A DNA stretch of 64,000 bases. It comes from Lautropia sp. (GTDB lineage Bacteria; Pseudomonadota; Gammaproteobacteria; Burkholderiales; Burkholderiaceae_E). Position numbers and translations under genes: made by a program. This document shows, in pieces, positions 44,976-54,346 of this stretch. Where the stretch lies: assembly GCA_050248115.1 (NCBI GenBank), contig JBFWSZ010000009.1, forward strand, positions 142,475 through 206,474, written 5' to 3'. The notes beneath the pieces were generated by a model that saw nothing but the letters and a program-made list of their open reading frames with translations, ran no database searches and was not told the DNA's origin. Position 1 is the first letter of the stretch. Every line of letters starts with the position of its first letter.

Positions 44976-45294
44976 CGGGCTGCTCCGGATCCCAGCCACG
45001 GACTTCCTGCCAACGGGCGCGAAACACCGCCCACTCGGCGTCGGCGCGCGACACCCAGCGCCCGCCGATCGGCTCGACGGCGCGCTCCCGGCCGCCGAGC
45101 CGCACCAGCGTCCATCCGCCTTCGCGCGGCAGGCGCATCAGCGCGTGCTTGCCTGCCGCGGGCAGATTGCGCAGCGGGCGCAGGAACGCCTCGAGTTCGA
45201 CGTCGTACGGTCCGAGCGGCGCCTGTCGGAAGCGCCGGATCAGTGCGCGCTCGCGGTCGTCGGCCGGACGGGGTTCAGTGGTCGATTCGCTCAC
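44968..45294 (-). CDS. Putative small (alpha) subunit partner of the DMFase-like enzyme
   Basis: 108 aa, GTG start at 45294. Translationally coupled to the large subunit (ATGTCTGA overlap). The position and size parallel dmfA1-dmfA2. I do not recognise any independent motif. Confidence 0.5.
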   Translation of the reverse strand: MSESTTEPRPADDRERALIRRFRQAPLGPYDVELEAFLRPLRNLPAAGKHALMRLPREGGWTLVRLGGRERAVEPIGGRWVSRADAEWAVFRARWQEVRGWDPEQPDV

Positions 45295-46963
45295 GGTGAA
45301 GGGCGACGAAGTGATCGGAATAGTCGTGTCTGGCGATGCGCGCGTCGATCAGTACCGGCACGCCCTGCAGGTTCAACCGCCGGGCCTCGTCGATCGCCGC
45401 GTCGACCTGTGCCGGGTCGGTGAGCGTGATCCCGTGGCAGCCTTGCGCGCGCGCGATCGCGGCGAAATCCGGACCGATCGCGAACCCGGTGCTGGTGAGC
45501 GGCTTGTTCATCAGCACCTGGTTGTACTGGACCCAGCCGAACGCCTGGTTGTTGAGCACGATCCATGTGACGCCGCACCGGTGTTCGGCGGCAGTCGCGA
45601 GCTCGACGATCGACATCTGCATCGCCCCGTCGCCGACGAAGCAGACCACCTGCTTCTTCGGGCGCGCGAGCTTGGCGCCGATCGCGCCGATCGCACCCAT
45701 GCCCATCGCGGTCTGCTCGGCCATCGGAACGCAATCGCCGACGTCGAGCACCCGGTAGTACGGCCAGTAGTAGCACCAGAGGTCGGCCCCCCCATTCTCC
45801 TTCATCAGGATCGTGTCGTGTCCGAAGATGCGATTGACCGCGTCGAGCAGCTGGCGGGTGCGGATCGGCGTGTGGTGCACCCGCGCATCGGCGAGGCACG
45901 TCTGCGTGTACTCGTGGCTGGTGGTCGCGAGTCGCCGTGCGCGGGTATCGTCGCGCCGGTGGCCCCGCCGGTCGAGTTCGGCCTCGATATCGCGCAGGCT
46001 CAGTCGCACGTCGCCCACCATCCCGACGGCCGGTTGCCAGTTCATGCCGATCGCCTCGGAATCGATGTCGATCTGGATCATGCGCGCGTGCTTCGGATAC
46101 AGCGTCCAGCTGTTGGTGCTGAAGGCCTCGAGCCGCGAGCCGAGGACCAGCATGAGGTCGGCTTCGTCGTACCACGCCTTGCCGGCGGCGGTGAAGTACA
46201 GGCCGATCTGTCCCAGCGCGTTGGGTCCGTCCTCCGGGTAGATCCCGCGCCCACTGGGGGTGGTGAAGACCGGCGCCGCCAGCCGGTCGGCGAGGCGCGC
46301 CACTTCGTCGGCCGCGCCCGACACGACGCTCCCGCCGCCGGCGACGATGACGGGCTGGCGGGCGTTGCCGAGCAGTTCGCCGGCCAGCGTCACCCGCTCG
46401 GGGTCGGGGCGGGTGCGCCCGCAGTGCTGAGACCTCTGGTACCCGGTCCACGGCAGTCGCAGATCCGCGAGGTCCGACGGCAGCTCGACGAACACCGCGC
46501 CGGGCCTGCCGTTTCGGGCGATGCCGAACGCACGCTGCATCACCCAGGGCATGCGGCGCGGATCGGCGACGCGCTCCATCCATTTCGTCACCGGCTTCAT
46601 CAGCGTTCGCGTGTCGAGTTCCTGGAACGCACCCATGCCCTCCTGCGCCTGCACGACGCCGTTGGCAATGGCGACGATCGGCACCGAGCCGCAGGTCGCC
46701 TCGAGCAGCCCGGTGACGAGATTGGTGATGCCGGGTCCCGGGTTAGAGAACAGCACGCCCGGCTCGCCGGTGAGTCGGCCCCAGGCGTACGCACAGGCGA
46801 CGGCGGACTTCTCGTCGCGCATCAACACGAAGCGGATGTCGGAGTGCTCCTGAAGATCGTAGATCAGGTGCTTCGGGTTGCCGGGCAGGCCGAAGACGCA
46901 GGTCACGCCCTCTACCTTCAGCGATTCGACGACGGCGCGCCACGGACCGACGGAGTCGGGCAT
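45275..46963 (-). CDS. Thiamine-diphosphate-dependent enzyme (acetolactate synthase large-subunit / benzoylformate-decarboxylase family)
   Basis: ATG at 46963 after GAGGAG in ORF 45275-47074. Contains VESLKVEGVTCVFGLPGN...NPGPGITNLVTGLLEA...GAFQELD... and the ThDP motif GDGAMQM...NNQAFG. The stop overlaps the next gene start by 20 nt. Confidence 0.85.
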   Translation of the reverse strand: MPDSVGPWRAVVESLKVEGVTCVFGLPGNPKHLIYDLQEHSDIRFVLMRDEKSAVACAYAWGRLTGEPGVLFSNPGPGITNLVTGLLEATCGSVPIVAIANGVVQAQEGMGAFQELDTRTLMKPVTKWMERVADPRRMPWVMQRAFGIARNGRPGAVFVELPSDLADLRLPWTGYQRSQHCGRTRPDPERVTLAGELLGNARQPVIVAGGGSVVSGAADEVARLADRLAAPVFTTPSGRGIYPEDGPNALGQIGLYFTAAGKAWYDEADLMLVLGSRLEAFSTNSWTLYPKHARMIQIDIDSEAIGMNWQPAVGMVGDVRLSLRDIEAELDRRGHRRDDTRARRLATTSHEYTQTCLADARVHHTPIRTRQLLDAVNRIFGHDTILMKENGGADLWCYYWPYYRVLDVGDCVPMAEQTAMGMGAIGAIGAKLARPKKQVVCFVGDGAMQMSIVELATAAEHRCGVTWIVLNNQAFGWVQYNQVLMNKPLTSTGFAIGPDFAAIARAQGCHGITLTDPAQVDAAIDEARRLNLQGVPVLIDARIARHDYSDHFVALHRERIDH

Positions 46964-46982
46964 CTTCAGCTCCTCTTCATGA

Positions 46983-48599
46983 TCAATGCGTTGCTGGCCG
47001 CGCGACCGGCACGAGCCTCGGGATGGCGGCGAGCAGTTCGCGGGTATAGGGGTGTTGCGGGTCGGACAGCACATGCTGCGCGTCGCCGTGCTCGACGACG
47101 CGCCCCGTCTTCATGACGACGATCCGGTCGGCCATCCGGGACGCGACGCGCAGGTCGTGCGTGATGAAGACCATGCCGAGGCCGTCGCGCGCCTGGACGA
47201 GCTCGAGCAGGTCCAGGATCTCCGCCTGCACCGATACGTCGAGCGCGGATACCGGCTCGTCGGCGACGAGCAGCCGTGCCCGCATCGCGAGCGCGCGCGC
47301 GATGACGATGCGCTGGCGCTGGCCGCCGGAGAACTCGTTCGGATAGCGGTCGGCGCTCTTCGGATCCACCTTGACCCTCGCCAGCAGCGCTCGTGCCTCC
47401 TCGAACGCCTGTGCGCGCGGCGTGCCGTTGGCGATCGGCCCCATCGCGATGCTGTGGCCGACGGTATGTCTGGGATTGAGTGATGCGTACGGATCCTGGA
47501 ACACCATCTGCACGGCTCGCCGCACCGGTGCGAGGCGGTTCGCCGGCAGCGCGAGGTAGTCGTCGGCGACGTCCGCCAGTCTCGCGACGCCGGCGTCGGC
47601 GTCGGCGAGCCGCACGAGCAGCCTCGCGAGTGTCGACTTGCCGCTGCCGGACTCGCCGACCACGGCGACCGTCTCGCCGCGCCCGACGCTGATGTCGACG
47701 TCGGCCACGGCTATGGTGCTGGCGCCCCGCCGCCACCAGGGGCCGGTTGCGCGCCAGGTCTTCTCGAGGCCACGCGCGTCCAGCAGCGCAGCGGTCGGCC
47801 TTCGCGACGCGCGCGGGGCGAGCGGCGGCACCGCCGCCAGCAGGCGCTGCGTGTAGGGCACGCGCGGGTTGCCGAGCACGGTGTCTCGTGCGCCGGCTTC
47901 GACGAGACGACCATCCTTGAGCACCGCGACGTCGTCCGCCATCTCGGACACGACGCCGAAGTCGTGGGTGATCAGAAGCAGGCCGAGATTGCGCCGCCGC
48001 TGAAGCTCGCGCAGCAGCGCGAGGATCTGCGCCTGGGTCGTGACGTCGAGCGCGGTCGTCGGTTCGTCGGCGATGACGAGCGTAGGGTCTGCGGCGAGCG
48101 CGATCGCGATCATCACGCGCTGGCGCTGCCCGCCCGACAATTGCCAGGGGTACTTGTCGACGAGCGTGTCGGCGCCCGGCAGGCCCACGTCGGTCAACAG
48201 CTCGAGCACCCGGGCGCCGCGATCGCCCGGCCAGCGGTGCCGGTCGAGCACTTCGCGCACCTGCCGTCCGACGCGTTCGAGCGGATTCAGGCAGGACAGC
48301 GGGTCCTGGAACACGTAGCCGATCCGTCCGCCGCGGATCTCGAGCAGTTCGGCAGGCGCCATCGCCAGCGTGTCGCGGCCTTCGAACAGGATGCGCCCGC
48401 CGGTGACGCGCAGGCGCGGCGAGGGCAACAGGCGCACGATCGCCGCTGCCGCGAGCGACTTGCCCGATCCGGACTCGCCGACGACGCAGAGCGTGCGCCC
48501 GCGATGCACCTGCAGGTTCACCTCCTCGACGGCGTGACGCCTGTCGGCGCCGGGCGGCAGCTCGATCGTCAGCGCCTGGACGTCCAGCAGCGCGGTCAT
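46983..48599 (-). CDS. Fused double ATP-binding-cassette protein of a peptide/nickel-type (DppD-DppF-like) ABC importer
   Basis: ATG at 48599 (ATGA overlap with the permease stop) in ORF 46983-49193. Two Walker A motifs (GESGSGKS twice), two signatures (LSGGQRQRV, FSGGQRQRI) and PYT motifs. Confidence 0.88.
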   Translation of the reverse strand: MTALLDVQALTIELPPGADRRHAVEEVNLQVHRGRTLCVVGESGSGKSLAAAAIVRLLPSPRLRVTGGRILFEGRDTLAMAPAELLEIRGGRIGYVFQDPLSCLNPLERVGRQVREVLDRHRWPGDRGARVLELLTDVGLPGADTLVDKYPWQLSGGQRQRVMIAIALAADPTLVIADEPTTALDVTTQAQILALLRELQRRRNLGLLLITHDFGVVSEMADDVAVLKDGRLVEAGARDTVLGNPRVPYTQRLLAAVPPLAPRASRRPTAALLDARGLEKTWRATGPWWRRGASTIAVADVDISVGRGETVAVVGESGSGKSTLARLLVRLADADAGVARLADVADDYLALPANRLAPVRRAVQMVFQDPYASLNPRHTVGHSIAMGPIANGTPRAQAFEEARALLARVKVDPKSADRYPNEFSGGQRQRIVIARALAMRARLLVADEPVSALDVSVQAEILDLLELVQARDGLGMVFITHDLRVASRMADRIVVMKTGRVVEHGDAQHVLSDPQHPYTRELLAAIPRLVPVARPATH

Positions 48600-49435
48600 G
48601 ACGCGGGCCCCCGTCGCGCGCGCAGCAGTGGATTGTTCGCGTCGCCGATGCCGTCGGCGAGCAGGTTGATCGACAGCACCGTGACGAACAGGCACAGGCC
48701 CGGCAGCACGCTCAGCCACCAGGCCTGCCGGAACACCGAACGCGACGAGCCGATGATGTAGCCCCAGCTGATGAGGTTCGGGTCGGCGAGGCCGAGAAAG
48801 CTCAGCGATGCCTCGGTCAGGATGGCCGTCGCGACCATCAGCGCGCCGACGGCGATGACCGGCGGGAGGGCGTTCGGCAGGATCTCGCGAAGGATGATCC
48901 GGGTGTGGCCGAGCCCGAGCGAGCGGGCCGCCTCGACGAACTCGCGGCTTCTCAGCGTCATGAATTCGGCGCGCACGAGTCGTGCCACCGGTGGCCAGGT
49001 GACGAGCGCGATCGCGACGATCGCGCTGCGTAGGCCCGGCGTCATGATCGCGACGAGCAGGATCGCGAACAGGAATGACGGGATCACCTGGAAGAATTCG
49101 GTGAGACGCATGGCCGCGCGATCGACGCGCCCGCCGAAGTAGCCGGCCAGTGCGCCGACGCCGCCACCGATGAGGATCGCGCAGGCCGCGCAAGCGAGAC
49201 CGATGAGCAGCGACACGCGCGCGCCGTGGATGAGGCCCGACAGCAGGTCACGCCCCAGCAGATCCGTGCCGAGCAGGTACCGGCCGCCGGGCGGCGCCAT
49301 CGGCGGACCGAGCAGCGCCCAGGGGTCGTGTGGTGCGAGCGCCGGCGCGAAGAGCGCGACGAGCGCGATCAGCAGCAGCGTCGTGCCACCGACGGTCGCA
49401 CGCCAGTTCAGCGCCGGGCGATTGCGCAACGGCAC
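48596..49435 (-). CDS. ABC transporter permease (DppC/OppC-like)
   Basis: 279 aa, GTG start. Multi-TM, with the EAA-type loop EFVEAARSLGLGHTRIILREILPNALPPV. Confidence 0.88.
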   Translation of the reverse strand: MPLRNRPALNWRATVGGTTLLLIALVALFAPALAPHDPWALLGPPMAPPGGRYLLGTDLLGRDLLSGLIHGARVSLLIGLACAACAILIGGGVGALAGYFGGRVDRAAMRLTEFFQVIPSFLFAILLVAIMTPGLRSAIVAIALVTWPPVARLVRAEFMTLRSREFVEAARSLGLGHTRIILREILPNALPPVIAVGALMVATAILTEASLSFLGLADPNLISWGYIIGSSRSVFRQAWWLSVLPGLCLFVTVLSINLLADGIGDANNPLLRARRGPAS

Positions 49436-49441
49436 GACCTT

Positions 49442-50410
49442 TCAGCGGCCGATGCGCGGATCGACCACGCGCAACACCAGATCGGTCGCCAGGTTGGCGA
49501 GCACGACCACGACCGACGACAGGAAGAACACGCCGAGGATCACCGAGTAGTCGCGCTGGAGCAGCGCGTCGAAGGCGAGACGCCCGATGCCGGGCCAGGC
49601 GAACACGGTCTCGACGACGACGGCGCCGCCCACCAGGTGGCCGATCTGGAGTCCGGCCATGGTGACGATCGGCAGCAGCGCGTTGCGCAGGACGTGGCGG
49701 CGCAGCACCTGTGCCTCGGTCAGTCCCTTCGCGTGCGCCGTCCGCACGAACTCCAGGTCCAGGACTTCGAGGGTCGACGCGCGCGCGAGCCTGACGTATA
49801 CGGCGAGGTGCAGCAGCGACAGCGTCAGTGCGGGCAGTGCGAGGTGGTGCGCGACGTCGAGCACATGCGCGACCCCTTGCCTGGGAATCAGCGAGGCCAT
49901 GCCGAAGGCCGGAAACCAGCCGAGCCCTACCGAGAACAGGAGCACGAGCACGAGCCCGACCCAGAACACCGGCATCGCGTAGCACAGCATCGCGCCCGAC
50001 CCGATCAGGACGTCGATAAAGCCGCCGCGGCGGCGCGCCGACGCGATGCCGAGGATCGTGCCGAGGACGATCGCGACCAGCAGCGCAGCCCCGGTCAGCA
50101 GCAGCGTGGCGGGCAACCGATCCAGGATCAGCGCCGCGACCGGCTGGTTGCTGCGGTAGCTGGTGCCGAGGTCGAGCGTCGCGAGGCGGGAGAGGTAGCT
50201 CGCCACCTGCACCGGCATCGGCCGGTCGAGGCCGTGCTCGCTTCGGATCCGGTCGATGAAGGCGGCGTCGGCTGCACCGCTCTCCCCAGCGATGACGGCG
50301 GCCGGGTCCCCCGGTGCGAGCCGGATCAGCGTGAAGTTGAGCAGGCCGATCGCGGCCAGCGTGAGCACCGCGCGCGGCAGCCACGCGGCGATCGCGACAA
50401 GCAGGCGCAC
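49442..50410 (-). CDS. ABC transporter permease (DppB/OppB-like)
   Basis: 322 aa, GTG start. Contains FTLIRLAPGDPAAV... and EFVRTAHAKGLTEAQVLRRHVLRNALLPIVT. Confidence 0.88.
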   Translation of the reverse strand: MRLLVAIAAWLPRAVLTLAAIGLLNFTLIRLAPGDPAAVIAGESGAADAAFIDRIRSEHGLDRPMPVQVASYLSRLATLDLGTSYRSNQPVAALILDRLPATLLLTGAALLVAIVLGTILGIASARRRGGFIDVLIGSGAMLCYAMPVFWVGLVLVLLFSVGLGWFPAFGMASLIPRQGVAHVLDVAHHLALPALTLSLLHLAVYVRLARASTLEVLDLEFVRTAHAKGLTEAQVLRRHVLRNALLPIVTMAGLQIGHLVGGAVVVETVFAWPGIGRLAFDALLQRDYSVILGVFFLSSVVVVLANLATDLVLRVVDPRIGR

Positions 50411-50429
50411 GTCGGCCGCCGTGCCGGCT

Positions 50430-52007
50430 TCAGCGAGGCGCGAGCCACGCTTCGGCGAAGCTGCTGTTCGGCCCCAGGCCGTTGATGACCGCGTCGCGCA
50501 GGCGACGGTTCATCACGGTCGGCCACTGGAGCTCGACGAGCCAGATCACGGCCGCGTCGTCGACGAGCAGCTTCTGCACGTCCGAGTACAGTTTCTTGCG
50601 CCGGGCGTCGTCGACGGCGGACGCCGCCTCGCGAAAGAGCGCGTCCACCTGCGGATTCGAATAGCCGGCCTCGTTGGTGAACGGTATCCCCTTGCGCTGG
50701 TTGTCGCTGAGGAAGGTCCGGGACACGCCGAGCGCGGGGTCCGACAGCGTCGTCAGGTACGTCATGATCATCTCGAAGTCCCAGTTCTTCAGGCGATCGA
50801 CCCACCCGGCCGCATCGGTGGACTCGAGCACGACCTCGATGCCGACCTTGCGCAGTGCCTGGCGGGTGCTCTCCGCGGCACGGTTCCAGACCTCGCCGTA
50901 CGGCAGCCCGAGCAGCTTGACCGTGGTGCGCACGCCGTTGGCCCCCTTCTTGAGCCCCATCTCGTCGAGGAGCGCCTCCGCCTTCGCGACATCGTGGTCG
51001 TATCGCTTCACGTCCGGCTCGTAGTAGGGCGAATCGGAATGGATCGGGCCGGTCGCGATCTTCGCGTAGCCCTGGAAGATGTTGTCCTTGAATTGCTTCC
51101 GGTCGAGTGCATGCATCATCGCCTGCCGGAAGCGCTTGTCGTTGAACGGCGGCTTGCGCAGGTTGAGCTCGATCCACGCGATCGGCGAGCCCCATTCCCA
51201 TCCCTTGCTCGTCGCCTCCAGGTACGGGAGCTTGGCCAGGCGCGCGGCGTCGATGAGTTCGAGGTCGTTCTGGGTGGCGATGTGGAACTGCTGGCTTTCG
51301 ATCGCGAGTGCGCGCGAGGCGGCGTCGGGAATGAAGCGGTAGAAGATCTCGTCGAGATATGGCATCCCGCTGCGCCAGTAATCGGCATTGCGCACCAGGT
51401 GAATGTATTCGCCCCGCTTCCACTCCTTGAACTTGAACGGACCGGTGCCCACCGGCTTCGCGTTCACCGGGTTCTTGCGGAAATCGGTTCCCCGGTACAG
51501 GTGAGCGGGCAGGATCGGCGCGCCGATCGTGTCGAAGCTTCGGATCAGCGGCGCGAACGGCTCGCCGAGGTTGAACTCGACCGTGTGGTCGTCGAGCTTG
51601 ACGACCTTGGTGCGCTGGAACACGGCCTTCGATCGCGGATGCACGTCGACGAGGAACTCGCCGAACGTGAACAGCACGTCGTCGGCGGTGAACGGCTTGC
51701 CGTCGTGCCACTTGACGTTTTTCCGCAGCTTGAACGTGTACTTCCGACCGTCGTCGGAGATCGACCAGGACGCGGCCAGCGACGGCTTCGGGTCGAGCTT
51801 GAAGTCGTAGGTCAGCAGGCTCTCGAAGATCTTCGTGCCGGGCAGCAGCGCCGGTGACTGCAGGAAGAGCCCCGGCACGATGCCGGGGGGCTCCGGCCAC
51901 AGGACCGACTGCAGGCTGCCACCGCGGGTCGGGGTCTGCTGGGCCCAGGCATTGGCGAGCAGGCTGCAGAGCAGCAGCGAGATCAGGCTCGTGAACAGTC
52001 TACGCAT
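50430..52007 (-). CDS. ABC transporter substrate-binding protein, family 5 (DppA/OppA-like)
   Basis: ATG at 52007 after GAGGAG in ORF 50430-52466. MRRLFTSLISLLLCSLLANAWAQQTPTRGGSL is a signal peptide. Then ...SWSISDDGRKYTFKLRKNVKWHDGKPFTADDV...GTGPFKFKEWKRGE... Confidence 0.88.
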   Translation of the reverse strand: MRRLFTSLISLLLCSLLANAWAQQTPTRGGSLQSVLWPEPPGIVPGLFLQSPALLPGTKIFESLLTYDFKLDPKPSLAASWSISDDGRKYTFKLRKNVKWHDGKPFTADDVLFTFGEFLVDVHPRSKAVFQRTKVVKLDDHTVEFNLGEPFAPLIRSFDTIGAPILPAHLYRGTDFRKNPVNAKPVGTGPFKFKEWKRGEYIHLVRNADYWRSGMPYLDEIFYRFIPDAASRALAIESQQFHIATQNDLELIDAARLAKLPYLEATSKGWEWGSPIAWIELNLRKPPFNDKRFRQAMMHALDRKQFKDNIFQGYAKIATGPIHSDSPYYEPDVKRYDHDVAKAEALLDEMGLKKGANGVRTTVKLLGLPYGEVWNRAAESTRQALRKVGIEVVLESTDAAGWVDRLKNWDFEMIMTYLTTLSDPALGVSRTFLSDNQRKGIPFTNEAGYSNPQVDALFREAASAVDDARRKKLYSDVQKLLVDDAAVIWLVELQWPTVMNRRLRDAVINGLGPNSSFAEAWLAPR

Positions 52008-52114
52008 CGATGTCTCCTCGATTCGCGCACGCCGATGGTGCTGCGCGGTGTGATCGGTGACCGAGCATAGAAGCGGGAGTGGTTCACCCGCAAGCGCCAG
52101 TTTCTGCCAAACTG

Positions 52115-53644
52115 ATGGATCCACTTTCCGATGGCGGGGAGATGTCGACCACACGTCCCGGCGCCGACGCCGCCGCGATCGAATCCGAGCACGAGCAGCC
52201 GCTGTACCGGCAGCTGTACCGTCGCCTTCGCGATGCGATCCTTTCCGGCACGATGGGGCCAGGCCAGCGCCTGGCGTCCTCGCGCGCGCTCGCATCGCAG
52301 CTGGGACTCGCTCGCAATACGGTGCTGCAGGCCTACCTGCAGCTCGAGGTCGAGGGCTATCTGCAGGCGCGCCGGGGGTCCGGCCACTACGTGTCGCCGC
52401 TGCTGCCGCGCCGACCGGCGAGTTCGGCCCGCCACGAGACGGTGAACGGCGGCGCGGGACCCGCACGCGTCGCTCAGGTGCGCAACCGCTTCGAGTTCGT
52501 TCCCGAGTCGCTGCGTCGGCAGATACCGGCGGTGCCGTTCCGGATCAACCAGCCCGAGCTCGACGCGTTTCCCATCGATACCTGGGCGCGCCTTCAGAAT
52601 GCCGTACTGCGCGAGGCGACCCGCTCGTCCACGGTCGCGTCGCTGCTCGGCGAAGCCGATCCGCAAGGCGAGATGTCGCTGCGTCGGGCCATCGCCGACC
52701 ACGTCTCGATCGCGCGCGGCGTTCGCTGCAGCCCGGACGTGATCGTGATCACGGCAGGGGCCCAGCACGCAATGGACATGCTCTTGCGTGTGCTCACCCA
52801 GCCCGGCGATGCGGTCGGGCTGGAGGATCCGTGCTTTCCCGGCGCGCTTTCCGCGACGCGGGCCGCGGGGTGCCGCGTCGTGCCCGTTCCGGTGGACTCG
52901 CAGGGCCCGGCGCTTTCACCCGCGCTCGCCGCATCCGCCGGCATGCGCGTGTTGATGGTCTGTCCGTCGAAGCAGTTCCCGCTCGGCATCACGATGAGTC
53001 TGCCGCGTCGCCTCGCGCTGATCCAGTGGGCGAGGCGCGGCGGCGCGTGGATCGTCGAGGACGACTACGACAGCGAGTACCGTTTCGACGGCAAGCCCAT
53101 CCCGTCGCTGCAGGGACTGGACGGGGGACGAAACGTCATCTACGTCGGTACCTTCTCGAAGGTCCTGTTCCCGTCGCTGCGGCTGGGCTTCATCGTGTGC
53201 CCGCCGCCGCTGGTGGAGCCGCTCGCTGCGGTCAGGGCCGTCTCGGGGCGTCACGGCAGTACGCTCGAGCAGCGCGTGCTCGCGAGGTTCATCGGCGACG
53301 GCTACCTCGCGCGCCACATCCGGCGCATGCGCGGCTTGTACGGCGAGCGGCAGAAGGTGTTGCTCGAGGCGTGCGGCAGGCGCCTCGCCGGTCGGCTGAA
53401 GGTCGAGACGGCGCAGTCCGGGCTGCAGACCGTCGCGTGGCTGCCCCGCAGGCTCGACGACCGCAGGCTCGCGCTGCTGGCGCAGGAGCGTGGGCTCGTC
53501 GCCGCCCCGTTGTCGCGCTTCTGCCTGACGGCGAGACGGCCGCCTGCGCTGGTGCTGGGATTCGGCGGCTTCGATGCTCACAGGCTGCGCGCGGCGGTCG
53601 CGCAGCTTGCCACGCTCGACGGGCTGCGCGCGACCGACGGCTGA
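52115..53644 (+). CDS. MocR/GabR-type regulator (GntR wHTH fused to a PLP aminotransferase-like domain)
   Basis: ORF 52079-53644; the ATGs at 52115 and 52142 are both plausible starts. Contains PLYRQLYRRLRDAILSGTMGPGQRLASSRALASQLGLARNTVLQAYLQLEVEGYL, and later DDYDSEYRF...YVGTFSKVLFPSLRLGF with a PLP-Lys context. Divergent from the ABC/DMFase-like operon. Confidence 0.88.
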   Translation: MDPLSDGGEMSTTRPGADAAAIESEHEQPLYRQLYRRLRDAILSGTMGPGQRLASSRALASQLGLARNTVLQAYLQLEVEGYLQARRGSGHYVSPLLPRRPASSARHETVNGGAGPARVAQVRNRFEFVPESLRRQIPAVPFRINQPELDAFPIDTWARLQNAVLREATRSSTVASLLGEADPQGEMSLRRAIADHVSIARGVRCSPDVIVITAGAQHAMDMLLRVLTQPGDAVGLEDPCFPGALSATRAAGCRVVPVPVDSQGPALSPALAASAGMRVLMVCPSKQFPLGITMSLPRRLALIQWARRGGAWIVEDDYDSEYRFDGKPIPSLQGLDGGRNVIYVGTFSKVLFPSLRLGFIVCPPPLVEPLAAVRAVSGRHGSTLEQRVLARFIGDGYLARHIRRMRGLYGERQKVLLEACGRRLAGRLKVETAQSGLQTVAWLPRRLDDRRLALLAQERGLVAAPLSRFCLTARRPPALVLGFGGFDAHRLRAAVAQLATLDGLRATDG

Positions 53645-53680
53645 TCTTGGCGTCGGGCCGCGTGCGCCGGGCCGCGGGCA

Positions 53681-53698
53681 TCGTGCGTCGGCGCACGA
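53681..53698. terminator. GC hairpin between convergent genes (weak terminator candidate)
   Basis: TCGTGCG-tcgg-CGCACGA, a 7-bp stem with a 4-nt loop, between the MocR stop (53644) and the hemerythrin stop (53727). No U-tract. Confidence 0.25.
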
Positions 53699-53726
53699 CG
53701 GCGCGGACCGGGGGTCGCCCGATCCG

Positions 53727-54221
53727 CTACTCGACGTCCCGATGCTCGGCGAGTTCGGGCATGAGTTCGTCCTTTCGTGCCTTCAGCTGCCGGCCGAGCG
53801 CGCGTAGATCGAGCGAGGTCTTGCGCAGCTTCGGAAACAGCGCTTCTTCTTCCTCCTTCACGTGGTGCTCCACGTACTCGCCGAGGACCTTGACGCGCGC
53901 GACGAACAGATCGCTCTCCAGACCGTCCGACTCGATCAGGCCGATCAGCTCCTTTGCCGTGTCGTGCTCGACCTGCGCCTCGTCGAGGAGGTCTTCGTCG
54001 TCCAGTGCTTCGCGCGCGGCAGGGTAGAGGATCTCCTCTTCGATGCTCGTGTGGGTCGTCAGCATCGCGCAGATCGTTCGCGCGATGTCTTCGATGGCAT
54101 CGTCCTCCTCCGCCTTCTCTGCAAGTGCCTTGAAGTCGTCGAAGAGCGACTTGACCTGCGCGTGATCGGCGGCCAGCAACGCGAGGGCGTCTGGCGTATC
54201 GGTGGACGGCGTCGTGCTCAT
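53727..54221 (-). CDS. Hemerythrin (HHE cation-binding) domain protein
   Basis: ATG at 54221 after GGAGA in ORF 53727-54470, 164 aa. Contains LLAADHAQVKSLFDDF...HTSIEEEILYPA...EHDTAKELI...YVEHHVKEEEEALFP. Confidence 0.8.
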   Translation of the reverse strand: MSTTPSTDTPDALALLAADHAQVKSLFDDFKALAEKAEEDDAIEDIARTICAMLTTHTSIEEEILYPAAREALDDEDLLDEAQVEHDTAKELIGLIESDGLESDLFVARVKVLGEYVEHHVKEEEEALFPKLRKTSLDLRALGRQLKARKDELMPELAEHRDVE

Positions 54222-54346
54222 GGGGTTCTCCGTGGGGTTGAGCGGCAACCGGGGCGCCGGCGCCATGCAACCGCCGTACCTGCCTTCTTGCCGCCACCGG
54301 CGTTCAGGCGCCGGGTGCAGGACGCTCGACGTCGGGCCCGTTAAAA

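Noticed and set aside
42831-45299. 822-aa plus-strand ORF across the DMFase-like genes (also 43633-44925 minus, and 44822-47116 plus, 764 aa)
   Set aside because: These are antisense or out of frame relative to the DMFase-like and ThDP-enzyme genes, have no motifs, and show Arg/Pro/Gly-rich composition.
52098-52114. CAGTTT-ctgcc-AAACTG dyad abutting the MocR start codon as an autoregulatory operator
   Set aside because: The arms are 6 bp, there is a single copy, and no repeat pattern typical of MocR sites is visible. It is left as something to test by EMSA, not called.
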